Source: an uncultured Spirochaetia bacterium (GTDB lineage Bacteria; Desulfobacterota_D; UBA1144; Nemesobacterales; CSP1-2). From it: a stretch of 62,635 nt of DNA. Positions 1-9,499 of the stretch are shown piece by piece (the stretch's first letter is position 1; every line of letters begins with the position of its first letter). Location: the NCBI GenBank assembly GCA_964636885.1, contig CAZWVA010000001.1, positions 52,228-114,862 on the forward strand, written 5' to 3'. The translations under genes and the position numbers were made by a program. The notes under the pieces are model-generated. The model was not told the DNA's origin and searched no databases. It saw only the letters and a program-made list of their open reading frames with translations.

Positions 1-3
1 GGG

Positions 4-1047
4 ATGGACGTCGAGCTTGTGCTTCCCTCCTATGGTAATAGCCACACGAGTATATTCGAGTACTACGGTGTCGAACCCCGTTTTAAACTGACCACCCTGC
101 CTTCCTTTAAGGGTTCTAAGGCAAGACACATCGCACACGGGGCCTTTGGTGCCATATACACTGGGTTTAATAGGGGGAAATTTGATCTGGTTATAACGAG
201 GAATATGTTCTATACGTATCTCTCCACGAACCTACTTAAGATTCCCACGATCTATGATGCGCATCATCCGCCTGTGGACGGCGTTGCCCGCTTCGTTTTT
301 AGGTCTTTTAAGGACTCAAAACATCTGGTCAGGTTCTCAACGAACTCAGAGGGATTGGGGAGTATCTATCTCTCTCTTGGGCTTCCGGTTGAGAAACTCG
401 TGGTCGCACATAACGGCGTGGACCTGGAAAGATTCGAGGAATGGGTCTCAAAAGAGGAGGCACGGCACAGGCTTGGGCTTCCGGTTCATAGAAGGATCGT
501 TTGTTACTCTGGAAATTCGTATAGCGGAAGGGGTATAGATTTGCTAATAGAGGTCGCCTTGAGGTTAAAAGACACGCTTTTTCTCATTGTGGGTGGGCTG
601 GAAAGTGATATCGAGAGGTATAGGAGTATCGCCCGAAGTAAAGGAGCCGAGAATTTTCTATTGGCCGGTTTTGTCCCTCATAAAATGGTTCCCCTTTACC
701 TCTATTCGGCCGACCTTCTCGTTATGCCTTATACATCACAGATGACGATTAGAGACGGGACGAGGGCCGTGGAATTCACATCCCCGATAAAGCTATTCGA
801 GTACATGGCGGCATCTCGTCCGATCGTGGCGACGGAGTTGCCCTCTATCAAGGAGGTTCTAAAAGACGGCAGAAACGCCCTCCTCGTGAGACCGGATAGC
901 CCGGATTCTCTTCTTGAGGGTATAAGAAGGGTTTTGGAAGACCGTACACTTGCCGAAAGGCTATCCCTACAGGCGGCCTCGGATGTGAAGAAGTACACCT
1001 GGGAGGAGAGGGTTAAGAGGATTCTAAACGGCCTATGCGATCTTTAA
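4..1047 (+). CDS. Glycosyltransferase family 4 (GT-B), probably 5'-truncated by the window edge
   Basis: HNGVD motif, C-terminal SPIKLFEYMAASRPIVATELPSIKEVL typical of Glycos_transf_1. Confidence 0.85.
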   Translation: MDVELVLPSYGNSHTSIFEYYGVEPRFKLTTLPSFKGSKARHIAHGAFGAIYTGFNRGKFDLVITRNMFYTYLSTNLLKIPTIYDAHHPPVDGVARFVFRSFKDSKHLVRFSTNSEGLGSIYLSLGLPVEKLVVAHNGVDLERFEEWVSKEEARHRLGLPVHRRIVCYSGNSYSGRGIDLLIEVALRLKDTLFLIVGGLESDIERYRSIARSKGAENFLLAGFVPHKMVPLYLYSADLLVMPYTSQMTIRDGTRAVEFTSPIKLFEYMAASRPIVATELPSIKEVLKDGRNALLVRPDSPDSLLEGIRRVLEDRTLAERLSLQAASDVKKYTWEERVKRILNGLCDL

Positions 1048-1260
1048 ATCCACTCTGTTCTAGTGTATCTTTTTTGCCTATTTTTATCTAATAGGTCAGG
1101 GTCTTATGATGACTGTATAGATAGGCGATAGGAAGGCCCTTAGAGCCGTTTTATTCTGTTTTTCCAGGCCCGTTACCTGGGTCCTTCGTTTCACTTAATG
1201 GTAGACTCCGGAAGGGTTTCGTTTTCAATGATTCACGTAGTGAGGCATCTCTAATCCGGG

Positions 1261-1285
1261 GATTTCTCACTTCACTCGAAATGAC
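1261..1285 (+). repeat. REP-like palindromic repeat remnant (GATTTCTC...CGAAATGAC type)
   Basis: GATTTCTCACTTCACTCGAAATGAC resembles the 3' arm of the element at 62091-62168. Confidence 0.4.
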
Positions 1286-1349
1286 ACGGGGTACGGCTGC
1301 TTAAAGCTGGTATGGTATAGATGGCATAGCATGAAGACAGGAGATAGAG

Positions 1350-2840
1350 GTGAACAATCGAATCGGGATCTGGATTGCTCTTGTTCTTTTTTTCCTAGTG
1401 GCTATAAGCGATGGGATTGTAAGGGCGGAGGAATTAGAGGATCGCTTAGGTCCTTTTACCCCTTCTGGTGGAATTCTCTGGGATGGTGAGGGTCGACCGG
1501 GTGACCACAAAGTGAAAGACCTTGGTGTAAAGGAATTTCTGGTAGACACGCTTCTTGGCTATTCCATATGGTGGGCGGGAAGGCTCTTCTATGTGAGGAA
1601 CAAAAGCAGCAGGATATTCGATACATCTTTTTCAGACTGGATTGACCACATTACGGAAGCCCCAGTGGTCGATGATGGGGATGGCTTTGTGACAAACTAT
1701 GTCTATCACCCTATATTTGGTGCCCTGTATTACCTCTATTATAGGAACATGGGACACAGCGTTTGGGCCTCGGCCTTGGGCTCGACTCTTATGAGCACCC
1801 TCTGGGAGTACACCGTGGAGGGACTGGTCGAGACGCCTTCTCTTCCCGACCTTGTTGCGACGCCTGGTCTTGGGATTCCTCTTGGGGTTATGATGGAGAC
1901 CCTCTCCGAATGGCTCATCGAAAGGGATAACGTCCCGGCGAAGATGGGAGGATACGTGCTAAATCCACTCAGGATGTTTATTCGAGATAGGAAGATCGGC
2001 GTACTGAATCCCCTAACGGGTAGTTTTGCGCTTCACGGCCCCTTTACCCTAACACCCAGTAAATCCAGGGCGATCGATCTCTCCTATCCGTTTTTTCTAG
2101 AATCTCCCATCTCACTTGGAAGGGTGACCGCGAGATTTGAGGTGCTTGACGTGGATAGGGAGTTAGGCGGTCAGTTTATTTTCTATTCAATCCGACTCGA
2201 TTTTAATTCCTCTGATAACCTTCTTGGCCTGTACATCAAGGTTCCATACGGAGGTGTAAATGACATAAGGGTTGATGGAGAAGAGATAAGTAACGGGTTT
2301 GAATTCTCAAACATTCTGATCGGGGGAAAGTATCTGTTGATAGATTCCAATGACTTTAGCTTTTCTGGGGGTTTTGAGGTAGTACCCCCCACTGCTTTTA
2401 AGGATAACAAGGACAGGCTAAAGACGATAGTCGGTTTTAGAAGGGACTTTCCCCTCTATCTAACGAATTCGGTGACATTGACCCCCTACGTATCGGCTGG
2501 GGTGATCAAAAAGGGCGTAAGCCTCTTAAGCAGTCTCGGCGTTGATCTCGTCTTTAATGCGGATAGGCTAGAGGGGGATGGTTTTGAAACGAGGATTAAA
2601 TACGGAACTGCGATTGGAGCCAAGATCCCAGTTAAGACCTCTCCTTCCCTTTTTGTCGAGTTTAATGGCTATACCTTTGCCTCATCGAGTCGCATAAAAA
2701 GAACGGATGCGTTTCTCACACCGGGTGTGAGGTTTGGGAAGAAGTACAGCCCGGGCTTTGGGGTGCAGATCCCTCTAGCAGGCTCCTCTACGGATATTGC
2801 CAATGCGAGTTTTATGGTTGATTTCCAGGCCAGGTTCTAG
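1350..2840 (+). CDS. DUF3943-domain protein with probable C-terminal outer-membrane beta-barrel
   Basis: Signal peptide; DGDGFVTNYVYHP..G..YY..R and WEY..E..PS..DL..TP motifs; alternating beta pattern ending in terminal Phe. Confidence 0.65.
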   Translation: MNNRIGIWIALVLFFLVAISDGIVRAEELEDRLGPFTPSGGILWDGEGRPGDHKVKDLGVKEFLVDTLLGYSIWWAGRLFYVRNKSSRIFDTSFSDWIDHITEAPVVDDGDGFVTNYVYHPIFGALYYLYYRNMGHSVWASALGSTLMSTLWEYTVEGLVETPSLPDLVATPGLGIPLGVMMETLSEWLIERDNVPAKMGGYVLNPLRMFIRDRKIGVLNPLTGSFALHGPFTLTPSKSRAIDLSYPFFLESPISLGRVTARFEVLDVDRELGGQFIFYSIRLDFNSSDNLLGLYIKVPYGGVNDIRVDGEEISNGFEFSNILIGGKYLLIDSNDFSFSGGFEVVPPTAFKDNKDRLKTIVGFRRDFPLYLTNSVTLTPYVSAGVIKKGVSLLSSLGVDLVFNADRLEGDGFETRIKYGTAIGAKIPVKTSPSLFVEFNGYTFASSSRIKRTDAFLTPGVRFGKKYSPGFGVQIPLAGSSTDIANASFMVDFQARF

Positions 2841-2868
2841 AGCCGGGCTAAAGGGTGCTATGAGCTGA

Positions 2869-3159
2869 TTATTTCTCTTCTAGCTTGCTTGTAAACTTAT
2901 CTATGGGGATCGCGGCAAGCGTCATGAGCTGAACCGTGCCACGGGAGCCTAGTTCGATTGAGACCCTTGAAATAGTCTCGTTATCCGGGGCCTCGACTAT
3001 ATTCACGAAATCGTATGGGCCGAGTACTGCGTATTGGGCGAGTACCTTGACCCCGCTTTTCTCTAACTCCTTATTTACCTCTTTAATCCGCTCTGGCCTC
3101 ATTTTTACGGTTTTTCTACCCTCGTCCGTTAGGGTGCTGAGCATTACATACGTGGCCAT
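2869..3159 (-). CDS. GYD domain-containing protein
   Basis: MATYVML..LTDEG, LGPYDFVNIVEAPD motif. Confidence 0.85.
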   Translation of the reverse strand: MATYVMLSTLTDEGRKTVKMRPERIKEVNKELEKSGVKVLAQYAVLGPYDFVNIVEAPDNETISRVSIELGSRGTVQLMTLAAIPIDKFTSKLEEK

Positions 3160-3201
3160 ACCTTAATACCTCCTTCACTTTTCTAGCCGAAGCTAAAGAT
3201 G

Positions 3202-3230
3202 ATGATATTACTTACCGTGGACTTTTGCAA
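3202..3230 (-). promoter_or_regulatory. sigma70-type promoter of the GYD gene
   Basis: TTGCAA-17nt-TATCAT on the minus strand. Confidence 0.55.
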
Positions 3231-3361
3231 GGGATTTTTTATTGGGTGTAAGTATAGTGTTTCTAGGTTATTTCTCACGGTTTTTGTTTGACTTTTTAAC
3301 ATATGAGTGTATATTCATCAGCTTCTGATGGACAAAAAACAAAGAAAAAAGGAGGGGGAGA

Positions 3362-3745
3362 TTGAGGGCCTTAGGGAGGCATCTTTTGGTCGAATACCAT
3401 AGGTGTGACCCTAAAATTTTAAACGACTTGGAGAAGATTAAGGGGTTTATGCTCGAAGCGGCTTCCAGAAGCGGAGCTACTGTGCTTGAGTGTTCGTTCC
3501 ACTACTTCACGCCTCAGGGAGTAAGCGGTGTTGTGGTTATCGCTGAGTCTCATCTTGCGATTCATACCTGGCCTGAATATGGCTATGCAGCCGTGGATAT
3601 ATTCACGTGCGGTACGAAAGTCGATCCTTGGACGGCGTTTCACCACATCAAATCGGCTCTGGATTCTAAGGAAACCAGCGTTAATGAGCTTACAAGAGGT
3701 GAGTTTCCACATCTGGGGAGTCGAGCGAGTCGTGTCTCCATATAG
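3362..3745 (+). CDS. speD: S-adenosylmethionine decarboxylase proenzyme (pyruvoyl-dependent, SpeD/SpeH class)
   Basis: [32 protein letters not shown] self-cleavage motif; TTG start with GGAGG RBS. Confidence 0.9.
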   Translation: MRALGRHLLVEYHRCDPKILNDLEKIKGFMLEAASRSGATVLECSFHYFTPQGVSGVVVIAESHLAIHTWPEYGYAAVDIFTCGTKVDPWTAFHHIKSALDSKETSVNELTRGEFPHLGSRASRVSI

Positions 3746-3964
3746 CTATGGATGACTGGTTATGCATAAGAAGAGTTGATAGCCTTATCCCTGAAGGGAT
3801 GCTCTTTCTAGCGGTTCAGGGCCGCGAGATGGTCTCCAAGACGGGTCTTTTAAGGCACTTAGAATGCACTAGAAGGGGTGTTTTTTGCCCAATGCACGTT
3901 ACCTTAAGAGTCCTATTTGGTCTTTGACCCTCCTTCCTTAGCATCTTCACCTTATGGTAAGAAC

Positions 3965-4294
3965 CTAGACGACTTTTTTGATTATCCTTTCTATCTCGCT
4001 CTTTGGGACGGCTCCTATTATTTGGTCCACTGCTTTTCCGTCCTTAAATAGAATAAGGGTAGGGATACTCCTTATCCTATATCTCATCGTGACTTCCTGG
4101 TTGTCGTCAACGTTTAGTTTTCCTACCTTGAGTCGCCCGTTGTAGGAGGCTGCGATCTCCTCTACCACAGGGGCTATCATCCTGCAAGGGCCACACCAGG
4201 GGGCCCAGAAGTCAACCAAAACCGGTGTATCGCTCTTTAAAACCTCGCTTTCAAAGGTTGAATCGCTTAACTCTACTATCCCTGCGCTTCCCAT
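3965..4294 (-). CDS. trxA: Thioredoxin
   Basis: WCGPC active site, SIPTL cis-Pro loop. Confidence 0.95.
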   Translation of the reverse strand: MGSAGIVELSDSTFESEVLKSDTPVLVDFWAPWCGPCRMIAPVVEEIAASYNGRLKVGKLNVDDNQEVTMRYRIRSIPTLILFKDGKAVDQIIGAVPKSEIERIIKKVV

Positions 4295-4327
4295 TATGAC
4301 GTCTCCTTAGGGGTATTTGATACCGTT

Positions 4328-4357
4328 ATTATATCTGAATCCAGAGGTACGCTTCAA
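4328..4357 (-). promoter_or_regulatory. sigma70-type promoter of trxA
   Basis: TTGAAG-18nt-TATAAT on the minus strand. Confidence 0.6.
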
Positions 4358-4413
4358 GGACAGAGGTTAGCCGGTAGACCGGTTATAGACCGTGATTCTT
4401 GATTCCGACACAC

Positions 4414-4442
4414 TTGTATTTTTCGAGTTTTCCTGTTATGAT
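4414..4442 (+). promoter_or_regulatory. sigma70-type promoter of hppA
   Basis: TTGTAT-17nt-TATGAT, ~205 nt upstream of the hppA ATG. Confidence 0.6.
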
Positions 4443-4477
4443 TCCCATCCCTAAAACCGAGATATAGCTCTCCAAAA

Positions 4478-4620
4478 GGGATTGGGCTTAGATTTGTTTC
4501 CATATAGATCTAGGACGAAGAGGAAAGCGATACCCGCTTATAGAGTCGGGTCTATGGGTTCAAAGCCAAAACTAGAGGAGGAGGGATTTCCCCTCTCCTA
4601 ACAAATATAAGCCTATCACC
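4478..4620 (+). ncRNA. Putative structured cis-regulatory leader RNA (unassigned family) upstream of hppA
   Basis: Closing stem 4485-4498/4600-4613 (13 of 14 pairs), internal hairpin with K-turn-like GA/GA motif, hairpin 4576-4599. Confidence 0.5.
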
Positions 4621-4647
4621 ATAGAAGGAGAAGGAAAGGAGGAGAAC

Positions 4648-6768
4648 ATGGAGTTTGGCCACGTGTTGCTTGTGATTGTCTTAGGCATAAGCGTGCTTTC
4701 CCTTGCTTTCGCTGGTTACCTGGCTAGGTTTGTGCTTAGCCACGATATGGGAACCTCGGCGATGCAGGAGATAAGCAACGCTATCAAAGAGGGTGCCGAG
4801 GCCTTTCTAAAAAGGCAGTACTCAACCATAATAATGCTGAGTATAGTTCTGGCCGCCCTTATCTTCGTACTCTACTGGTTTGCAAAGGGTGATCCTGACA
4901 TGGCTTGGCGTACCACGGTAGCCTTTCTCTTCGGCGCTGGGTGTTCGGCCCTTGCAGGATATATTGGAATGTGGATCTCAATAAGATCAAACATCCGTAC
5001 GGCGAGTGCGGTTAGATCGAGTCTCGATAGGGCTCTTAAGATATCGCTCCGCGGTGGGGCGGTTTCAGGGATAACGATCGTTGCTATGAGCCTTCTTGGA
5101 GTGGGAATCCTTTTCGTTCTCTACGGTGGATCTTCTAGCGATCCAGAGATCTTAAAAAGGGTTCCATTTTTAATCGTGGGATACGGGTTCGGGGCGAGCT
5201 TCGTTGCGCTTTTTGCCCAGCTTGGTGGCGGTATATATACGAAGGCGGCCGATGTAGGAGCGGACCTAGTGGGTAAGGTGGAGGCCGGGATCCCTGAAGA
5301 TGACCCCAGAAACCCTGCGGTTATAGCTGATCTTGTAGGGGATAACGTGGGCGACTGTGCGGGTCGTGGCGCGGACCTCTTTGAATCCACGGCCGCCGAG
5401 AATATAGGGGCGATGATCCTGGGGGTTGCGCTTTTCCCCCACTTTGGTATAAAGGGGATTCTGTTTCCTCTAGTCGCCCGTGCGTTTGGACTCATTGCCA
5501 GTATGGTAGGAATCGCAACCGTTGGGTTAAAGGACGACAGGGAAGACCCGATGTCGGCCTTAAACCGCGGCTACTACATAGCATGTGTTTTGGCCGCCAT
5601 AGGGTTCTATGTAGCCACCTACTTGCTGCTAAATAACAACCTCTGGCTCTTCCTAGCTGGCGTCATCGGAATCGTGACGAGTATAGTATTCGTCTATATC
5701 ACACAGTACTACACGGAGTATAGATACCGTCCTGTGAAGTTTATCGCCGAGGCGTCTCAAACGGGCCCCGCCACAAACATAATAGCCGGTCTCTCTGTCG
5801 GACTTGAGTGTACGGCCCTTCCCGTAATCGTGATATCGGCCGCCCTGGTTGGGGCGTTCTACTGTGGTGTCTATGGACTTAAGGGGTTTACAGACATTTC
5901 TACAACAGGTGCCGGGCTTTACGGAACCGCTATCGCCACCATGGGAATGCTTGGAACGGCCGCTTACATACTTGCCGAGGATACCTTCGGTCCTATAACC
6001 GATAACGCCGGTGGTATAGTTGAAATGAGCAAGCAGCCAGAGGAGATCAGGAATAAAACGGACAGGTTAGACGCCGTTGGAAACACCACGAAAGCCCTTA
6101 CAAAGGGATACGCAATCGGCTCTGCGGCCCTTGCGGCGTTTCTGCTTTTCTCGGCGTATCTCGATGAGGTGACTCATCTTACGGGTCAGGCCTTCCACTC
6201 CGTTGATATAGCCAAGGTGGAGGTGTTTGTGGGAGGCCTCCTCGGAGCGATGCTCGTTTTTCTGTTTAGTGCCCTTGCTATCCGAGCCGTTGGACGAGCG
6301 GCTTATTACGTGATAAGCGACGTTCGTGCCCAGTTTAAGGAAAATCCCGGAATACTCCAGGGGACCTCAAAACCGAATTACGCAAGGTGCGTCGATATCG
6401 TTACAAAGGGTGCACTAAAGGAGATGGTCCCTCCGGGGATACTTGCCGTCGCCATGCCCATAGTAGTTGGACTGATATTCAAGCAGTTTGGTCTCGGTGC
6501 TGAGACCGTAGCGGCGCTTCTTATGGTCGGAACAATAGGGGGTATCCTAGTTGCGACCATGATGAATAACGGTGGCGGGGCATGGGATAACGCAAAGAAG
6601 TACATTGAAACCGGTATGTACGGTGGGAAGAGGTCTGAAACCCATAAGGCCGCAGTTGTGGGAGATACGGTGGGCGATCCTTTTAAGGATACGGCTGGCC
6701 CTTCGATTCACGTCCTTATAAAGCTCCTCTCCACTATCACACTCGTTCTTGCTCCGCTCTTTATCTAG
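4648..6768 (+). CDS. hppA: Membrane-bound proton-translocating pyrophosphatase, K+-independent type
   Basis: GGGIYTKAADVGADLVGKVE, DNVGD, GGAWDNAKK, GDTVGDPFKDTAGP motifs; GNTTKA (Lys) determinant. Confidence 0.95.
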   Translation: MEFGHVLLVIVLGISVLSLAFAGYLARFVLSHDMGTSAMQEISNAIKEGAEAFLKRQYSTIIMLSIVLAALIFVLYWFAKGDPDMAWRTTVAFLFGAGCSALAGYIGMWISIRSNIRTASAVRSSLDRALKISLRGGAVSGITIVAMSLLGVGILFVLYGGSSSDPEILKRVPFLIVGYGFGASFVALFAQLGGGIYTKAADVGADLVGKVEAGIPEDDPRNPAVIADLVGDNVGDCAGRGADLFESTAAENIGAMILGVALFPHFGIKGILFPLVARAFGLIASMVGIATVGLKDDREDPMSALNRGYYIACVLAAIGFYVATYLLLNNNLWLFLAGVIGIVTSIVFVYITQYYTEYRYRPVKFIAEASQTGPATNIIAGLSVGLECTALPVIVISAALVGAFYCGVYGLKGFTDISTTGAGLYGTAIATMGMLGTAAYILAEDTFGPITDNAGGIVEMSKQPEEIRNKTDRLDAVGNTTKALTKGYAIGSAALAAFLLFSAYLDEVTHLTGQAFHSVDIAKVEVFVGGLLGAMLVFLFSALAIRAVGRAAYYVISDVRAQFKENPGILQGTSKPNYARCVDIVTKGALKEMVPPGILAVAMPIVVGLIFKQFGLGAETVAALLMVGTIGGILVATMMNNGGGAWDNAKKYIETGMYGGKRSETHKAAVVGDTVGDPFKDTAGPSIHVLIKLLSTITLVLAPLFI

Positions 6769-6784
6769 AAGCCAAGAAAAGGAT

Positions 6785-6809
6785 AGGGGTGGGTCTTATA
6801 CCCACCCCT
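6785..6809. terminator. Intrinsic terminator hairpin between convergent hppA and SDR genes
   Basis: Perfect 10-bp stem AGGGGTGGGT/ACCCACCCCT with A-rich tract upstream. Confidence 0.75.
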
Positions 6810-6870
6810 CTAATAATCCTAGTGGTGTGAAAGCCGACATCGGGTTCTTCGTGGTAATCGCGGGGCCTTC

Positions 6871-7632
6871 TTAATAGGCGGTCCAGCCGCCGTCTACAAC
6901 AAGAGTTGCCCCTGTTACGTACTTGGATTCATCGCTTGCCAGATAGAGGAGTGCGTAGGCTATATCGATAGGTTCACCCCTATAGCCCATAGGAACGATC
7001 TGGGCTGCTATCTCATCAAGCCGCTTCTGGGCATCCGGTGGGTTGCCTATGAAGTCCTCGTTCATCTTCGTCTTTATGAATCCTGGGCAGATCGTATTCA
7101 CCCGAATTCCCTCTTTTGCATGGTCTAGGGCGAGACTCCTTGTAAACTGCATTATCGCCCCTTTCGAGGTATTATAGGCAACCGTATTCTGACATCCTAT
7201 AAACCCAAGAACAGATGAGTTATTGATTATGGAAACCCCACCGTTTTTTATCATGTATGGAAGAACGTACTTGCTCATGAGGAAGGTCCCCTTTACGTTA
7301 ATGTCCATTATCTTGTCCCAGGTCTCAAGGGAGGTTGTAACTACGGTTCCAACCTCAAGGATACCCGCATTGTTAAATAGTATATCGATCCTTCCAAACC
7401 TCTTTATGAATTCCTCTACGGTTCTCCTTACATCCTCCTCCTTTGATACATCCCCCGGAAAGGCCACAATTTCGCCGTTTCCATCTGCCTCCCTTACGAC
7501 CTCTTCGATATTCTTCGCGTTTCTTCCCGTGATTCCGACCTTGGCTCCTTCCTTGCAGAAAAGAAGGGCTGTGGCTTTTCCTATACCCTCCCCACCTCCG
7601 GTGATGATCGCTGTTTTACCTTGTAATCTCAT
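6871..7632 (-). CDS. Short-chain dehydrogenase/reductase (FabG-like)
   Basis: TGGGEGIG, NNAG, YNTSK, VDGG motifs. Confidence 0.9.
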   Translation of the reverse strand: MRLQGKTAIITGGGEGIGKATALLFCKEGAKVGITGRNAKNIEEVVREADGNGEIVAFPGDVSKEEDVRRTVEEFIKRFGRIDILFNNAGILEVGTVVTTSLETWDKIMDINVKGTFLMSKYVLPYMIKNGGVSIINNSSVLGFIGCQNTVAYNTSKGAIMQFTRSLALDHAKEGIRVNTICPGFIKTKMNEDFIGNPPDAQKRLDEIAAQIVPMGYRGEPIDIAYALLYLASDESKYVTGATLVVDGGWTAY

Positions 7633-7698
7633 AACGCTTTTACCTCCTTAGTTTATTATCTGTTCTGGGTATGCAATGCCCTGTGCTTTAGTCCTTTT

Positions 7699-9216
7699 CT
7701 ATTCCTTTATCTCCACACCGCTTGCCTGTATAATCGTTCCCCTTGCGCGTTCAAGCCTGGCAAGGGCGATGTTATAAGCCGTAACCGCCCTTATCTCCTG
7801 CGTCCTTGCATCAACGAGGTCCCTTTGTGCCTCTATGACGTCTCTGGTTGTTCCGATTCCCACCTTCAGCCTTTCCTCCTGATTCCTTACCACCTCTTCT
7901 GCAAGCTCTACGGAGGTTTTCGCCGCTTCTATGCTCCTTAGGCTGTTCTGGATCTCCCTTATGGCGTTCCTTACGTCGAGCGTAATGTCGTCTGTAACCT
8001 TCTTGTATGAAATGACACTCCTATCGAGGTCGGCTGAGGCTTTTACGTAGTTCCCTTTGGCCGTCCAGTTGAATATCGGTAGACTGAATACCCCTAAGAC
8101 CTGCCAGGTTGGAAAATCGCCGTTGAATATGCTCCTAAAGGCGTCTGAGGCGCTGTCAAATCGATCTGAGATTGGCCGTTGGGGAATGCCATCTCCGAAT
8201 ATCACACGATTGGGGTTCTCACTGCCGCCAAGACCCTGAAGGTTTAGTATCCCCTGAATGGATAGACTGGGGAGCCTCTGATTTGAAAAAAAGCGCTTTT
8301 GCGTTTCCTTATTCCTTACATCGAGCTTTGCCTGCTCTATCTCCGGTCTCCTTTCAAGGGCTTCCTGAAGGACCTCGCTTTCGTTAAACGACTTAAGGAC
8401 TTCCGTCGGCTTGTCGGTTAAGACGATCCGCTCCGTGAGGGGGATCACGAGTATGTTTTTGAGGTTATCCTCCAAAGCCCTAAGGGTATTTTCGGCATTG
8501 ATCACATCTACCTCCCTTTTTGCTACCTCCGATTTCGCCTCTGTGACCGAGACCGGAGGGAGTACCCCTACCTCTACCTGAATCTCGTTTCTCCTTTGAA
8601 GGTCCTTTGCGAGTTCGAGTGCGGTTTTCTGGTTCTCAAGGTCTTGCCGTGCGGCTACGACGAGCCAGTAGGCCTCTTCGACGTTTAAAAGGGTATCGGA
8701 GATGGTTGTTTCAAGCTCCTTTATCGATATTTCACTTGATCTTTTCGCTACCGTTATGGGAGTTAGGTTTACATCGAGTCCAAAGTTCCTGAGGAGTTCC
8801 TGTCCGATACTGAAGCTAAGTGTTGTAAACCAGCTGGGGCTTAGTGCCTCAACCGGGGAGTTTGTGGTTGTTCTTGTCACGGAGAAATTGAGGAGGTTAT
8901 AAAACGTCCCTGTTGGGAGTGTCCCAGTTATGCCGCTTGAGGCGTTGAACCCCTTGCTCTCAATAGAGCCACTCGAGATAAATGTGCTTGTCGTGGGGTC
9001 TTTAGCGTCTATATAGTATGAGCTCAGGCTTAAGACCGGATCGAATATCCCTTTCTGGGTCTGTATGTCCCCACGGGATATCTCGACGTTCTTTCTTACT
9101 ATCTGTATGTCCCTGTTGTTCTCAAGGGCGATCCTCTTTGCGTCCTGAAGGGAGAGCATGAGGGTGTCTTGTGCTCCTATTAAGGAAAGAAACACCAAAA
9201 ATATCGTTCCGGTCAT
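7699..9216 (-). CDS. TolC family outer membrane efflux protein
   Basis: Signal peptide, two OEP repeats, ALENNRDI and DVIEAQRDL..A....A..AYNIALARLERA motifs. Confidence 0.85.
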   Translation of the reverse strand: MTGTIFLVFLSLIGAQDTLMLSLQDAKRIALENNRDIQIVRKNVEISRGDIQTQKGIFDPVLSLSSYYIDAKDPTTSTFISSGSIESKGFNASSGITGTLPTGTFYNLLNFSVTRTTTNSPVEALSPSWFTTLSFSIGQELLRNFGLDVNLTPITVAKRSSEISIKELETTISDTLLNVEEAYWLVVAARQDLENQKTALELAKDLQRRNEIQVEVGVLPPVSVTEAKSEVAKREVDVINAENTLRALEDNLKNILVIPLTERIVLTDKPTEVLKSFNESEVLQEALERRPEIEQAKLDVRNKETQKRFFSNQRLPSLSIQGILNLQGLGGSENPNRVIFGDGIPQRPISDRFDSASDAFRSIFNGDFPTWQVLGVFSLPIFNWTAKGNYVKASADLDRSVISYKKVTDDITLDVRNAIREIQNSLRSIEAAKTSVELAEEVVRNQEERLKVGIGTTRDVIEAQRDLVDARTQEIRAVTAYNIALARLERARGTIIQASGVEIKE

Positions 9217-9312
9217 TTTACCTTGCCTCCTGGTAGGAGCGGGTTCTTAGATCCACGCCTTTTGGATTAGCTTTGTACCTGGTTCATTACCGTTTTTCAA
9301 GCGATTTCTTCC

Positions 9313-9395
9313 TTGACATAGCAGATGGCAGATGGTAATTTGCTAAGTAAGTAATTACTTACTATATTACATAACAGAGATAGGAAGAATGTCAA
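9313..9395. promoter_or_regulatory. Face-to-face sigma70 promoters (tolC / adaptor operon) with central 18-bp palindromic operator at 9346-9363
   Basis: Plus strand TTGACA(9313)-17-TAATTT; minus strand TTGACA(9395-9390); perfect palindrome AGTAAGTAATTACTTACT between them. Confidence 0.75.
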
Positions 9396-9499
9396 CCGAA
9401 GGGGTTAAGGGATAAGACCCCTGAAAAGGCTAGGTTGGCACCGGAGAATCGGGTACCTTTTTACTATTGATAGGTTTTTAACTAGACCCTTGTGGATTT

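Noticed and set aside
3746-3964. Short minus-strand ORF between speD and trxA
   Set aside because: 42 aa, no recognisable motif or RBS
4478-4620. Assignment of the hppA leader as 6S RNA, RNase P, SAM-I, lysine or c-di-GMP riboswitch
   Set aside because: Only short coincidental words (GAGGAAAG, GGGTTCAA, CAAAGCC); no central bubble or core consensus in the right order
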